Part shown: positions 1 through 11,200 of the stretch, piece by piece
Layout of the letters: each line of letters opens with the position of its first letter
How positions within the stretch are numbered: the stretch's first letter is position 1
Assembly (NCBI GenBank): GCA_003009755.1
Contig: PXUB01000032.1
Coordinates: 65,408-129,407, forward strand
DNA length: 64,000 nucleotides
Source: Thermoplasmatales archaeon SW_10_69_26
Lineage (GTDB): Archaea > Thermoplasmatota > SW-10-69-26
Reading direction: 5' to 3'
Made by a program: the position numbers and the translations under genes
The notes under the pieces: generated by a model
What the model was told of the DNA's origin: nothing
The model's input: the letters and a program-made list of their open reading frames with translations, nothing else
The model's database searches: none

Positions 1-161
1 CGGGCGTTGTTGCGGAGCTTGTCGACGTGATCGCGGGAGAGGCCGTCGATCGAACGACCACGCATGTCGATCTCGACCAGTTCCTCGACGGTCTCGATCC
101 CGGTGTCCCGGAGCTTCGTCGCGGCCGAGGCGCCGACCCCTTTGATATCTTCCAGTTCCAT
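1..161 (-). CDS. Helix-hairpin-helix (HhH) DNA-binding domain protein, N-terminal portion; gene runs off the window start
   Basis: Minus-strand frame from ATG (complement of 159-161) reads MELEDIKGVGASAATKLRDTGIETVEELVEIDMRGRSIDGLSRDHVDKLRNNA with the HhH signature IKGVGxxxAxKL; no stop before position 1. Confidence 0.45.
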   Translation of the reverse strand, partial: MELEDIKGVGASAATKLRDTGIETVEELVEIDMRGRSIDGLSRDHVDKLRNNA

Positions 162-266
162 CTGGCCACCACTAACAGCTCCTCGTTCATAGTTGTAAAC
201 CCGAAGAACCGTCCCGTTCCCGTCGGGTTCCAGGGGTCGGCGTTCACGCCGACCAGGTCTGAGCTG

Positions 267-437
267 TCACTCGATGAACGCGGTGTCGTCGGGTCTCCCC
301 TTCGCGAGGATGTCGTGGTCGTCGCAGTAGAAGGTGTCGCCCGCGCGCTTGTACGTCTCTCCGCGCGGCCGTTTGATGTAGGTGGGATCCATCGCCATCC
401 CGCATTCGGGGCACCGCGGTCGCGGTTTGTTCGGCAT
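267..437 (-). CDS. Small zinc-finger protein (CPxCG), 56 aa
   Basis: Minus-strand ORF MPNKPRPRCPECGMAMDPTYIKRPRGETYKRAGDTFYCDDHDILAKGRPDDTAFIE; CPECG and YCDDH metal-ligand-like motifs; below the 60-aa cut-off of the ORF track. Confidence 0.4.
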   Translation of the reverse strand: MPNKPRPRCPECGMAMDPTYIKRPRGETYKRAGDTFYCDDHDILAKGRPDDTAFIE

Positions 438-735
438 GCCGTCGGCTGAAGATATTCATCCTCGGTTATCTGTTTACCGGTTCGACGAGAGCGGAGAAAG
501 GCCGTCTTCGCGATCTCGATCGGACCGACCGTGCGGAGCATCGGGAGCCTGTTGCCGGGTCTCGGCGCCTCCGGCCCGGGATGAGCAGCCAGTCCCCGCA
601 GCCCGACATCGGGGCCCGGACAGCCCGAGAAGGCACCTTGGATCCCTATTGTCCACCGCGGTGAACGTCCGGCCGAGATGTTCGTACGTCCGAGCAGATA
701 CCTGGAGGCCGCCCCTTCCCCCGACTGGGTCCACA

Positions 736-1224
736 ATGCCGATGGACAACATGGAAGCGATGTTCACGCACGAGCTCGAAGACATGTACTCGGCCGAGCA
801 CGAGATCCTCGACGCCCTCGACGAGATGGCCGAGGAGACCGAGGACGAGTCGATCGCGGAGGTGTTCCGCGAACACCGCAACGAGACGGAGGGCCAGATC
901 GACCGTCTCGAGCAGGTCTTCGACGAGCTCGGCCGATCCCCCAACCAGGAGGAGTGCGAAGCCATCGAGGGCCTGATCGCGGAGCACGAGGAGATCAAAC
1001 AGATGGACCCCAACCCCAAGGTCCTGAACGTCGCGAACACGGTGTCGGCCGAGAAGACCGAGCACTACGAGATCGCAGCCTACGGCAACCTCACCAAGCT
1101 CGCCCAGCAGATGGGCATGGACGAGGCCAGCGACCTCCTCGGCCAGAACCTCGAGGAGGAGAAACGCATGCTCGGCCGGCTCGAGGACCTCTCCGAGGAG
1201 TACGACTACGAGTCCATCGCCTGA
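736..1224 (+). CDS. DUF892/YciE-type ferritin-like stress protein
   Basis: MPMDNMEAMFTHELEDMYSAEHEILDALDEMAE... is highly acidic with an all-helical ferritin-like pattern typical of the YciE/DUF892 family; start taken at ATG 736 inside the longer track ORF 382..1224. Confidence 0.75.
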   Translation: MPMDNMEAMFTHELEDMYSAEHEILDALDEMAEETEDESIAEVFREHRNETEGQIDRLEQVFDELGRSPNQEECEAIEGLIAEHEEIKQMDPNPKVLNVANTVSAEKTEHYEIAAYGNLTKLAQQMGMDEASDLLGQNLEEEKRMLGRLEDLSEEYDYESIA

Positions 1225-1343
1225 CCCCGGCGTCCCCGTCGATCCGGTCCCCGGAGATCGCCGGGGGCCGGTCTCCTCTCCTTCTCCGGATCTCGCGGCT
1301 CCGACACCGTTTTGAATGGGGAACGGCTACCGCCGCTGCTACC

Positions 1344-1689
1344 GGGCGGGTAGCCGGGCTTGGATGTTCCTGCGCCCTTCGGGCGTACTCGCTGGGGACC
1401 GGGACGGTCCCTCGCAGGCGACGGCTTTCGGTGCCGAACCGAAGGTTCCATGGCGCCCGTCTCGTTCACACGCCACGCACTCTGGGCGGGTAGCCTAGCT
1501 TGGATATTCGTACGCCCTTCGGGCGTACTCGACCGAGACCGCCTCCGGCGCGCTCGGTCAGGCGACGGCCTTCGGAGCCGACCGAAGGCCGTATCAAGGA
1601 CCACACGATACGCACCTTCACCCTGGGCGACGGCCTTCGGAGCCGACCGAAGGCCGTATCAAGGACCACACGATACGCACCTTCACCCT
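1344..1689 (+). repeat. Tandem array of three units (about 140, 141 and 65 bp) upstream of tRNA-Arg; units carry copies of the tRNA 5' part and anticodon arm interleaved with UUCG-type hairpins
   Basis: Units start at 1344, 1484 and 1625 with GGGCGGGTAGCC(T/G)GGCTTGGAT, which matches tRNA-Arg nt 1-22. Each continues with AGGCGACGGCCTTCGGAGCC (anticodon arm) extended to an 11-bp palindrome ACGGCCTTCGG/CCGAAGGCCGT. Inserted hairpins differ between units but keep their pairing, e.g. gtacgccc-ttcg-ggcgtac. Confidence 0.8.
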
Positions 1690-1764
1690 GGGCGGGTAGC
1701 CTAGCTTGGATAAGGCGACGGCCTTCGGAGCCGTAGATCAGGGGTTCGAATCCCTTCCCGCCCG
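1690..1764 (+). tRNA. tRNA-Arg (anticodon TCG)
   Basis: Cloverleaf folded by hand: acceptor GGGCGGG/CCCGCCC, D-arm GCCT..AGGC, anticodon stem ACGGC/GCCGT with loop CTTCGGA (anticodon TCG), T-arm AGGGG-TTCGAAT-CCCTT, discriminator G; no encoded CCA. Confidence 0.85.
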
Positions 1765-2123
1765 TACCGCGAAGAGGAAGGGATGAGAACCCCCTGGGGT
1801 TCGTGCTGAGATCCGGTGGAGATCGCTCGGATCTCAGCAGAGTACGAGGCGAGCAGAGCGAGCCTCGTACGGAAATCCCTTCCCGCCCGTACCGCGAAGA
1901 GGAAGGGATGAGAACCCTTGGGTTCGTCCCGAGAGACGATTCAACCGTGCGTCTCTCGGGAGAGGACGGATCTCTGATCCGTCCGGAAATCCCTTCCCGC
2001 CCGTACCGCGAAGAGGAAGGGATGAGAACCCTTGGGTTCGTGCTGAGGCGCGGTGGAGATGGTCGCGTCTCAGGAGACCCCGGATCTCTGATGCGGGCGG
2101 AGGTCCCCTTCCCGCCCGCTTCC
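1748..2123 (+). repeat. About 3.3 tandem units of ~118 bp downstream of tRNA-Arg; each starts with the tRNA 3' end (T-loop and acceptor 3' strand), then 38 bp of conserved flank and two variable hairpins
   Basis: Unit starts at 1748, 1872 and 1987, with a partial at 2105. Constant part: AATCCCTTCCCGCCCG-TACCGCGAAGAGGAAGGGATGAGAACCCTTGGGTTCGT, containing CCCTTCC/GGAAGGG and GAACCC/GGGTTC stems. Variable part: two hairpins per unit whose sequences differ but stay palindromic, e.g. gctgagatccg..cggatctcagc versus cccgagagacg..cgtctctcggg. Confidence 0.8.
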
Positions 2124-4040
2124 TCAGCTATCCTCGTCGTCTCGCACGATCGCGCTGACGAGCGTGAGGGCGGACAACGCGGCGAACACGCCGACGACCG
2201 CCCAGCTCGCCACGCCGAGCTGCAGACCCTCGATCGGCCCGTCGGTGTGGTCCTCACGGTCGTCGGCTTGGGGATCGACGAACCGCGAGGGCTGGGGGTC
2301 TTCCTCGACCGTGAGGACCGAGGACAGGCCGGCCAGCGTGTTGGCCGTCCGGTAGAAGCGGACCGCCGTCGACGGGTTCTCGCTGGTGCTGGCGAACTCG
2401 AACATCGCCACCGGCAGGATCGGCTCGACGTCCAGGCCGCGAGCCTCCTGGATGCTGAGGGCGGCTTGCTGGCGGCTGGCGTTCACCTTCGCGGGGGAGG
2501 GCTCGCCGTTGCGTTGCTCGAGCGTCAGCGAGGCCAGCACCTGGGCCTCGGCTGCCTCGATGATCGCGGCGGCATGGAACCCACGCTCGCGGTCCTTGTT
2601 GGCCTCCTGCAGGGCGTCCTTCGCCGGCTGCGGGTCGCCAGTGTCGCCGCGGACCGAGCTGCTGTAGGCGATCAGTTCGCGCGCCAGGTTCGCGAACTCG
2701 TTGGCCAGGCGCTCGGGATCCTCGGGCAGCGGCGGCTCGTCGCTGAACGGCTGGGACAGATCCAGCCACCAGTGGACGGTGTTGGACCGCTCGAAGGCCC
2801 AGGCCGACTGCAACAGAACCTGATCCACGGAGCCGGTCCCTTGCAGCGCTTCGCGAGCCTGCTGGAGGCGGCGTTCGGCGTCGGAGACGCGCTCTTGGCC
2901 GGCGCCGACCGTGTAGAGGGTGTGCAGACCCTCGACCTCGGCCTCGCTCGCGGTCTCGCGCGCCTCGCGGACGCTCTCGGCGGCGTGCTCGACCGTGGCC
3001 TCGAGGAAGTCGTCGCTGGCGCCGCGCTCGTAGTAGGTCGCCAGCAGGCGAGCGTGGCGTTCCCGGATCGCCGACTGGAAGGCCTTGCTCGCTGCGCTGT
3101 AGAACCGCTCGTCGGACCACAGCGCCTCGGCCTCCTCGTGCGAGGCGACGGCCGCCTCGATCGCCGACCGGGCGCGCTCCTCGGCGCGGTCCGGCATCTC
3201 GGTGGTGTTCACCTTGTCCCAGGTCTCGTACACGCGCTCGCTGCGGTCGACGATGTCACGCGTTCGCGGGCCCAGGATGTCGGCGTACTGCGCCGTCGTC
3301 GGCGGTTCGCCGAGCTCGGGCTGGGGCAGCTCGCGGTCGGTGGCGACCTCGACCAGCTCCTCGATCGCGGCCACCGATCGGCACGTGATGTTCAGCTCCT
3401 CCTCGCAGAACGAGGGCACGTGGACGGGGGCCTCGCCGTACTCCTCCTGCTCGGGGGGCAGCCGGGGCGTGTAGTTGGCTTCCCCGTCGGGGACGAGGAA
3501 GATGCTGGCGCCCGCGTCCTCGGCAGCCTTGGCCTTCTCGAGGATGCCGCCCACCGGCCCGATCGAACCGTCGGGGTTGATCGTGCCCGTGGCCATCACG
3601 TCCTCGCGGATCTGCCAGGGATCCTCGCCCTCCGCCAGGTGGGCGTTCTGCATCGCGACCGTCGCCGCCAACGTCATCACGGCGCCCGCCGAGGGGCCCG
3701 AGATGATCGGCGAATCGCTACGCACCGTGTAGAACAGATCGTGGCTGGCCAAGCCCTGCCCGGCGAGCCCGGCGGCCACGCGCGAGGCGATGCGGGCCGA
3801 GCCCTGGAGGTCGGTCCCCGACAGGGGTCGGGTGTCCATGAACACGTGACCCGATCCGTCGGATGAGGCGCGGACCTCGATCGAGGCGTTGGCGCCGACG
3901 AGTTCGCCCGTCTCGTTCAACGACACCGCCAGCGCGGTGACGCGGGCTGGCTGGGTCAGGTTCATCGGCGTGGCGCCCACCGGGGCCGACAGCGCCGGTC
4001 CCAGGAGCACGACCACCGCGAGCAGGCGGGCGACGGACAC
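2124..4040 (-). CDS. Secreted, membrane-anchored S16 (Lon-like proteolytic domain) serine peptidase
   Basis: N-terminal signal peptide MSVARLLAVVVLLGPALSA. Lon proteolytic-domain motifs GPSAGAVMTLAATVAMQ...TGTINPDGSIGPVGGILEKAKAAEDAGASIFLVP follow. A long helical region and a C-terminal TM helix plus acidic tail (VVGVFAALSALTLVSAIVRDDEDS) complete the protein. Confidence 0.7.
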   Translation of the reverse strand: MSVARLLAVVVLLGPALSAPVGATPMNLTQPARVTALAVSLNETGELVGANASIEVRASSDGSGHVFMDTRPLSGTDLQGSARIASRVAAGLAGQGLASHDLFYTVRSDSPIISGPSAGAVMTLAATVAMQNAHLAEGEDPWQIREDVMATGTINPDGSIGPVGGILEKAKAAEDAGASIFLVPDGEANYTPRLPPEQEEYGEAPVHVPSFCEEELNITCRSVAAIEELVEVATDRELPQPELGEPPTTAQYADILGPRTRDIVDRSERVYETWDKVNTTEMPDRAEERARSAIEAAVASHEEAEALWSDERFYSAASKAFQSAIRERHARLLATYYERGASDDFLEATVEHAAESVREARETASEAEVEGLHTLYTVGAGQERVSDAERRLQQAREALQGTGSVDQVLLQSAWAFERSNTVHWWLDLSQPFSDEPPLPEDPERLANEFANLARELIAYSSSVRGDTGDPQPAKDALQEANKDRERGFHAAAIIEAAEAQVLASLTLEQRNGEPSPAKVNASRQQAALSIQEARGLDVEPILPVAMFEFASTSENPSTAVRFYRTANTLAGLSSVLTVEEDPQPSRFVDPQADDREDHTDGPIEGLQLGVASWAVVGVFAALSALTLVSAIVRDDEDS

Positions 4041-4195
4041 GCGAGGCGAACCCCCGAGGTGGGAAAGAAGCTTGCGGCTGGCCGGGATCCGCCGGCCGGC
4101 ACGTCAGGTCGTGCCGCGAACCCTCCCCGCTTATATACGACCTCTGTTATCGCGTAGCGATTCTGTCGGCAGCCGTACAGCTTTGGTGACCTCAC

Positions 4196-6409
<2,214 letters not shown>

Positions 6410-6415
6410 TCGCGC

Positions 6416-7129
6416 ATGTATTGGCTTGCTGAGATCGAGGACACGGTCCGCATCCCGCCCGACGAGCTCTCCGAGGACCCGGACGACGTCGTCCAAGAGC
6501 TCGTGTGGCGGACCTTCGAGGGACGCCTCTCGAAGGAACGCGGCTTCCTCGTCATGGCGACCGACGTCGAGCGTCTGGGCCCCGGACGAGTGATCCACGG
6601 CGACGGAGGCGTCTACCAGCGCGTCCGCTTCAAGGCGCTCACGTTCAAACCGGAGGTCAGCGAACTCGTCGAAGGCAAGGTCTGCGAGGTCGCCGAGTTC
6701 GGCGCCTTCCTGCGCTTCGGCCCGCTCGACGGCCTGCTGCACATGTCCCAGATTCTGAACGACTACCTCAACGTCGACATGGGCAACCAGCGGCTGGTCG
6801 GCAAGGAGTCCGACCGCACGCTCGGCGTCGGCGACAAGGTCCGCGCCCGCCTGGTGACCGTCAGCCTCAACGAGTCCAGCCCGCGCGAGAGCCGGATCGG
6901 GCTCACGATGCGCCAAGACGGCCTGGGTAAGTTCGAGTGGCTCGAGGAGGAGATCGGGGCCCCCATCGATCGCCCGGTCGGCAAGACCGAGATCGAGGAC
7001 GAGCTGGACTACGCCGAGCCCGAGGACGACGAGTCCGACGAGGCGGACGCCGAGGAGGAGGCCGACGAAGAGACCGAGGCCGAGGACGAGGAGGAAGCCG
7101 AGGCCGCAGCCGGGGAGGCCCAAGCGTGA
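6416..7129 (+). CDS. rpoE: DNA-directed RNA polymerase subunit E' (Rpo7), with acidic C-terminal tail
   Basis: MYWLAEIEDTVRIPPDEL...GKVCEVAEFGAFLRFGPLDGLLHMSQI... shows the S1/OB fold of archaeal Rpo7. Followed by spt4 with 4-bp overlap. The D/E-rich tail is typical of halophiles. Confidence 0.9.
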   Translation: MYWLAEIEDTVRIPPDELSEDPDDVVQELVWRTFEGRLSKERGFLVMATDVERLGPGRVIHGDGGVYQRVRFKALTFKPEVSELVEGKVCEVAEFGAFLRFGPLDGLLHMSQILNDYLNVDMGNQRLVGKESDRTLGVGDKVRARLVTVSLNESSPRESRIGLTMRQDGLGKFEWLEEEIGAPIDRPVGKTEIEDELDYAEPEDDESDEADAEEEADEETEAEDEEEAEAAAGEAQA

Positions 7130-7320
7130 GCCGCAAGAAGGAGAAGGCCTGCCGCGAGTGCCACTCGATCACGACCGAGGACGAGTGCCAGGTCTGCCAC
7201 AGCAACGACGTCTCCACCGACTACCTCGGCTACGTCATCGTGATGGACCCGGAGACGTCGATCATCGCCCGCAAGATGCAGATCGACCGCGCGGGCAAGT
7301 ACGCGCTCAAGGTGCGCTGA
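7126..7320 (+). CDS. spt4: Transcription elongation factor Spt4 (RpoE'')
   Basis: (V)SRKKEKACRECHSITTEDECQVCHSNDVSTDYLGYVIVMDPETSIIARKMQ... is a C4 zinc ribbon of the Spt4 type. GTG start overlaps the rpoE stop, the conserved gene order. Confidence 0.8.
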   Translation: MSRKKEKACRECHSITTEDECQVCHSNDVSTDYLGYVIVMDPETSIIARKMQIDRAGKYALKVR

Positions 7321-7808
7321 TGTACGTCTTGCCTGAGTCCCTCCGCGAGGAGCTCAAGGACCCGTTCGGTCCCGTCGTATCCGATGCTCTGAGCGGACAC
7401 TTGGGCGATGGTCCGATCGCTACCGTCGGCGACGTCGTGACGTCGGAGGCCCTCGACGAGGGCATCCTGCCGCAACTGATGGTCGTCGACGGCCATACCA
7501 AGCGCACCGAGGATCCCGGGGTCCCGGACTTCCCCGACGAGGTCAACGAGATCCCCGTCGAGAACGACGCCGGGGAGATCACCGACGAGCTCTGGCAGGC
7601 GGTCGCCACCGCCTACGCCGGCTCGAGCTGTACGCTCATCCGCATCGACGGCGAGGAGGATCTGGCTGCTCTCCCCGCCATCGTTCACGCTCCGAAAGGC
7701 GCCAACGTCGTCTACGGTCAACCCGACGATGGCGCCGTCATCGTTACCGTCGATCAGACCACCCGAGAGCGAGCCCTGGATATCCTCGCTCGGATGGAGG
7801 TCGTCTGA
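7320..7808 (+). CDS. DUF359-family GTP-dependent dephospho-CoA kinase
   Basis: [20 protein letters not shown]...[26 protein letters not shown]... is the DUF359 protein conserved between spt4 and rps24e in archaea. ATG overlaps the spt4 stop. Confidence 0.8.
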   Translation: MYVLPESLREELKDPFGPVVSDALSGHLGDGPIATVGDVVTSEALDEGILPQLMVVDGHTKRTEDPGVPDFPDEVNEIPVENDAGEITDELWQAVATAYAGSSCTLIRIDGEEDLAALPAIVHAPKGANVVYGQPDDGAVIVTVDQTTRERALDILARMEVV

Positions 7809-7810
7809 TT

Positions 7811-8110
7811 ATGGATATGGAAACCGTCGCGAAACGAGAGAACCCGCTCATGCGTCGGGTGGAACTGGAGTTCGAGATCCACCACCCCGGCGAAGAGACG
7901 CCCGAGCGGGACAGCGTCCGTGCCCTCGCTGCCGACCAGATCGGCGGCGAGAAGGCCAGCACCGTGATCGACCACCTCGACACCGATTTCGGGCGCGCCT
8001 CGACGAAGGGCTACGCCAAGATCTACGACTCCCAGGCGGCCGCGCGCCAGGCCGAGCCCGAGCACCTGCTCGAGCGGAACGACCTCGCCGTCGCCGAGGA
8101 GGGATCGTGA
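7811..8110 (+). CDS. rps24e: 30S ribosomal protein S24e
   Basis: [45 protein letters not shown]... matches the S24e family at the conserved position. Confidence 0.9.
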   Translation: MDMETVAKRENPLMRRVELEFEIHHPGEETPERDSVRALAADQIGGEKASTVIDHLDTDFGRASTKGYAKIYDSQAAARQAEPEHLLERNDLAVAEEGS

Positions 8111-8262
8111 TGACGACGAAGCGCGATCTCTACGAGGTCGATGGCGACGAGCTCGTCCGCAAGCGCAAGCCTTGCCCGAAGTGCGGCGACGGCGTGTTCC
8201 TCGCCGAACACGACGACCGCCTGGCTTGCGGCAACTGCGGCTACACCGAGTTCAACGAGTAG
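8110..8262 (+). CDS. rps27ae: 30S ribosomal protein S27ae
   Basis: [50 protein letters not shown], a C4 zinc ribbon; ATG overlaps the S24e stop. Confidence 0.9.
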   Translation: MTTKRDLYEVDGDELVRKRKPCPKCGDGVFLAEHDDRLACGNCGYTEFNE

Positions 8263-8340
8263 AACATTTTCTTTCTCAGAGGGGCCTCGACCCCTCCCGA
8301 CCCCCGGAAAAAGAAAATCTTCGGCAAGAAGATGCGAGGG
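8263..8340 (+). terminator. Nested stem-loop with T/A-rich arms immediately after the ribosomal-protein operon; likely transcription terminator
   Basis: TTTTCTTTCTC-agaggggcctcgacccctc-...-GAAAAAGAAAA with an inner GAGGGG/CCCCTC stem, followed by ATCTTC-ggca-AGAAGAT; starts right after the rps27ae stop. Confidence 0.45.
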
Positions 8341-8951
8341 TTCGCCTGGCGGCAGGAACCCTCGCAATCCGGCCGAAGCGGAGCTTCGGCCTCTCCGGAG
8401 ACCGAACGGTGTCGCCGGTCTCCGGAAGAAAACGGGGGTCGGGAGCGTCCGAAGGCGCCGGTGCCGACCGTCTGGCGCCTCCGGAGAGGACGGATCTTCC
8501 ATCCGTCCGAAACGCAGGCCCCCTCGGCGCTGATCTTGGGCGCGGTTGGATCTTCGCGTTGGGCTATCTTTGCTTGACGGGCAGCGACGCGTTCGTGGTG
8601 TGGCTGCAGGTCCGGTCGGCACCGCCGGCGGGGCCGGTGGGCAACGCGGCGTCTCCGCAGACCACGCCGGAGGTCACGCAAGCGCCTGTTGCTCTCCTTG
8701 GAACCCGTGCAGGCAGCGTGCAGAGTCCGTCCTCGTCCTCCTCGTCTCTGACCGTCCTTGGGTCTCCTGACATCGCTTCTCTCCCCTCTGTGCCCCCGTG
8801 CCTCTGTGGCTCTGTGTGATCACCGCCAACCGCGCTCGCGGCCCCGCCGATGCGACAGCATCGCACATTTCGACGCTTGTTGAAAGCTTCGAGAGCTCTG
8901 AGAAATCCTTCAAGTCCCTCGCGGCGAACGGTGGCGGTGGTGAGACAGACG

Positions 8952-10007
8952 ATGCGACCCGCGATCGCCGTGCTGATGACCTGTGCCCTGATGCTCGCTC
9001 CCGCGAGCGCCATCGCCCAAAGCGAAGCCGACGACCGTTCCTACGATCTCACGGTCTCGGACGACCGGGCCGAGATCCAGATGCCGCACAAGGTCGACGA
9101 CCGAGCCGCGGAGACCGGGGTCGTCTTCGACACGAGGGAAGGCCAACTGAGCGGCTCCTTCGCGTTCGCCGAGGCGGACGCGAGCGAGGAGCGCCTCGAC
9201 GTCCTCCTGCACCAGCTCGTCGAGTTCGAGGACACCAACGACGACGACGCGCTGGACGACGAGGACGAGGTCCGCTCCGCCTGGCGGCTGTCCAACGCGT
9301 CCCGCAACGTCACGATGGAAGCCAACGACACCGTCGAGTGGCGCTCCATGGAGACGGTGAACGTCACCTCCGACGACGGCGTCGACGGCACGACGGTGCA
9401 GGCCGTCGCCGAGTTCCCCGAGCAGGACCCCGTCGCAGGCGTGCTCGGCGAGCTCGGTCAGGGCGAGAACCGCACGGTCACGTTCAACGTGACCGTGTTC
9501 GACGAGTCGGCCGAGATCGACGGGACCCAGGTCCCCGCCTCCCACGCCCACGTCGACTGGACGGTCGACAACTTCCCGTACACGGCCGAGGACACCCAGC
9601 TGGCGCTCGTCGCCGGCGCCCTCGGCACCGGCGAGCTCCAGGTCGCCGACGGTGACAACACCACCGAGATCGCCAACCGTGCCGCCGTGGACGGCTACGG
9701 CATCGGCGTGGCCGCCCAAATCGCCGACCAGGCGACCGTCGACGACGAGGCCTCCGACGTGAACGCCTCCGCGGTCGAGACCGACGAGGCCGCCGAGGAC
9801 GCCGAGGAGGGCGAGCAGGTGCTCGCGCTGAGCTACGAGCGCGGTGACACCGTCGAGCACGAGCTCGTGCTCGGCGCCAGCGCCGCGTCGACCGACGACG
9901 GGCTCGTCGACGCGGCCGACGACGAGGTCTCCGCCGTCCCGTCCGTCGGCGCCGTCGCCGCCCTCGGCCTGCTGGCGACCGCCGCCCTCATGACCAAGCG
10001 GCGCTGA
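8952..10007 (+). CDS. Secreted acidic cell-surface protein with PGF-CTERM-like C-terminal anchor
   Basis: Signal peptide MRPAIAVLMTCALMLAPASAIAQS; highly acidic body; C-terminus AVPSVGAVAALGLLATAALMTKRR (hydrophobic helix plus basic tail). Confidence 0.6.
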   Translation: MRPAIAVLMTCALMLAPASAIAQSEADDRSYDLTVSDDRAEIQMPHKVDDRAAETGVVFDTREGQLSGSFAFAEADASEERLDVLLHQLVEFEDTNDDDALDDEDEVRSAWRLSNASRNVTMEANDTVEWRSMETVNVTSDDGVDGTTVQAVAEFPEQDPVAGVLGELGQGENRTVTFNVTVFDESAEIDGTQVPASHAHVDWTVDNFPYTAEDTQLALVAGALGTGELQVADGDNTTEIANRAAVDGYGIGVAAQIADQATVDDEASDVNASAVETDEAAEDAEEGEQVLALSYERGDTVEHELVLGASAASTDDGLVDAADDEVSAVPSVGAVAALGLLATAALMTKRR

Positions 10008-10092
10008 TCGCCGCCCACGTCGACACCGTGCCCCGCCGGATCCGCCGGCGGGGCCTTCCTCTTCTCCCTTGTCTGCTCGCGTCGGGTCCGCG

Positions 10093-11151
10093 TCAGATGA
10101 CGCGGAACCGCCGCAGCGTCTTCTCGTCGTCGCCGAGCAGCGCGTCGACCACGCGAGCCGTGTACTCGTAGCGGGCGTTCGTCGTCCGCTCGTCGTAGGC
10201 GGCCAGGTGCGGGGTCAGCATGACGCGGTCGTGCCCTGAGAACAGCTCGAGATCGGGCGGGTCGGGTTCGCCGGGCAGCACGTCGGCGGCGTAGCCGGCG
10301 AGCTGCTCCTCCCCGAGCGCATCCGCCACCGCTTGCTGGTCGACGATGCCGCCCCGAGCCGTGTTCACGAGCACGGCTCCCTCGGGCAGCTTGTTCAGCT
10401 CCCGCTCGCCGATCAACTCCTCCGTCGTCTCGTCCAGCGGGACGTGCACCGTGAGGACGTCGCTGTCCCGCAGCAGGTCCTCGAGGCCGTCGGCGTACGC
10501 GAACCCCGGGCGCTGCTCGAGCGAGGAGTCGGGATCGATGTCGTGGCCCCGGACCCGTGCCCCGAACGTGGACAGGATCTCGACCACGCGAGAGCCGATC
10601 TTGCCGGTCCCGAGCACGCCGATCGTGGCGTCCTGGAGGTGACGGTTCATCAACGTCGACCGGTCCCACCCGGCGTCCTCGTCGAGGGTCATCGCCATCC
10701 CCTCCGGCACGCGCCGGAGCGAGGCGAGGATGAACGTCATCGCGTGGTGGGCCACGCTCTCGGTGGCGTAGTCGTCCAGGTGGAAGCCCTGCACGTCGTT
10801 GGATCGCATCCACTCGCTGGGCAGGTGGTCGTAGCCGTCCGAGCGCGTCACGATCGCGTCCAGGTCCTCGAAGATCTCCAACGTCTCGACGGTGACCGGG
10901 TCGTGGATCATCGGGCTGAGGATGGACACCTCGGCGTGCTCGCGGGCGAGCTCGGGCGACAGCTCGCGGCGCTCGATCCGTGCACCGTCCAGGTGGTCGC
11001 GGGCGAAGGACCGCTCCTGTTCGGGCACGCTCGTCAACAGGGCATCGTCCCGGGGATCGGACACACAGGCCGAACACGAGGCCCCAGCAAAGGCCTTCTG
11101 GCTTCGAGAGCCCCGATCCAACGCCGGCTCGTCGTCGGAGAGGTTGGCCAC
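10093..11151 (-). CDS. D-isomer-specific 2-hydroxyacid dehydrogenase (phosphoglycerate/glyoxylate reductase family)
   Basis: NAD-binding motif VLGTGKIGSRVVEILSTFGARV plus catalytic-domain pattern ...VNTARGGIVDQQAL... and ...LTPHLAAY. The N-terminus is about 35 aa longer than typical, so the true start may be internal. Confidence 0.8.
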   Translation of the reverse strand: MANLSDDEPALDRGSRSQKAFAGASCSACVSDPRDDALLTSVPEQERSFARDHLDGARIERRELSPELAREHAEVSILSPMIHDPVTVETLEIFEDLDAIVTRSDGYDHLPSEWMRSNDVQGFHLDDYATESVAHHAMTFILASLRRVPEGMAMTLDEDAGWDRSTLMNRHLQDATIGVLGTGKIGSRVVEILSTFGARVRGHDIDPDSSLEQRPGFAYADGLEDLLRDSDVLTVHVPLDETTEELIGERELNKLPEGAVLVNTARGGIVDQQAVADALGEEQLAGYAADVLPGEPDPPDLELFSGHDRVMLTPHLAAYDERTTNARYEYTARVVDALLGDDEKTLRRFRVI

Positions 11152-11200
11152 CGCGGTCTCGATCGCTTCCTCGTCGCCCGGCGATCCCTTTTCCCTTGGC

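Noticed and set aside
1484-1764. Single tRNA-Arg gene with very large multiple introns or a split tRNA
   Set aside because: An uninterrupted, fully foldable tRNA-Arg is present at 1690-1764. The upstream units lack tRNA nt 43-57, so they cannot complete a second tRNA
1344-2123. CRISPR array interpretation of the repeats around tRNA-Arg
   Set aside because: Repeat units are 55-140 bp, the variable segments are themselves palindromic hairpins, units contain tRNA fragments, and no cas genes are nearby
1803-3866. 687-aa plus-strand ORF
   Set aside because: Antisense to the well-supported S16 peptidase gene; R/G/A/P-rich translation typical of open antisense frames in 67% GC DNA
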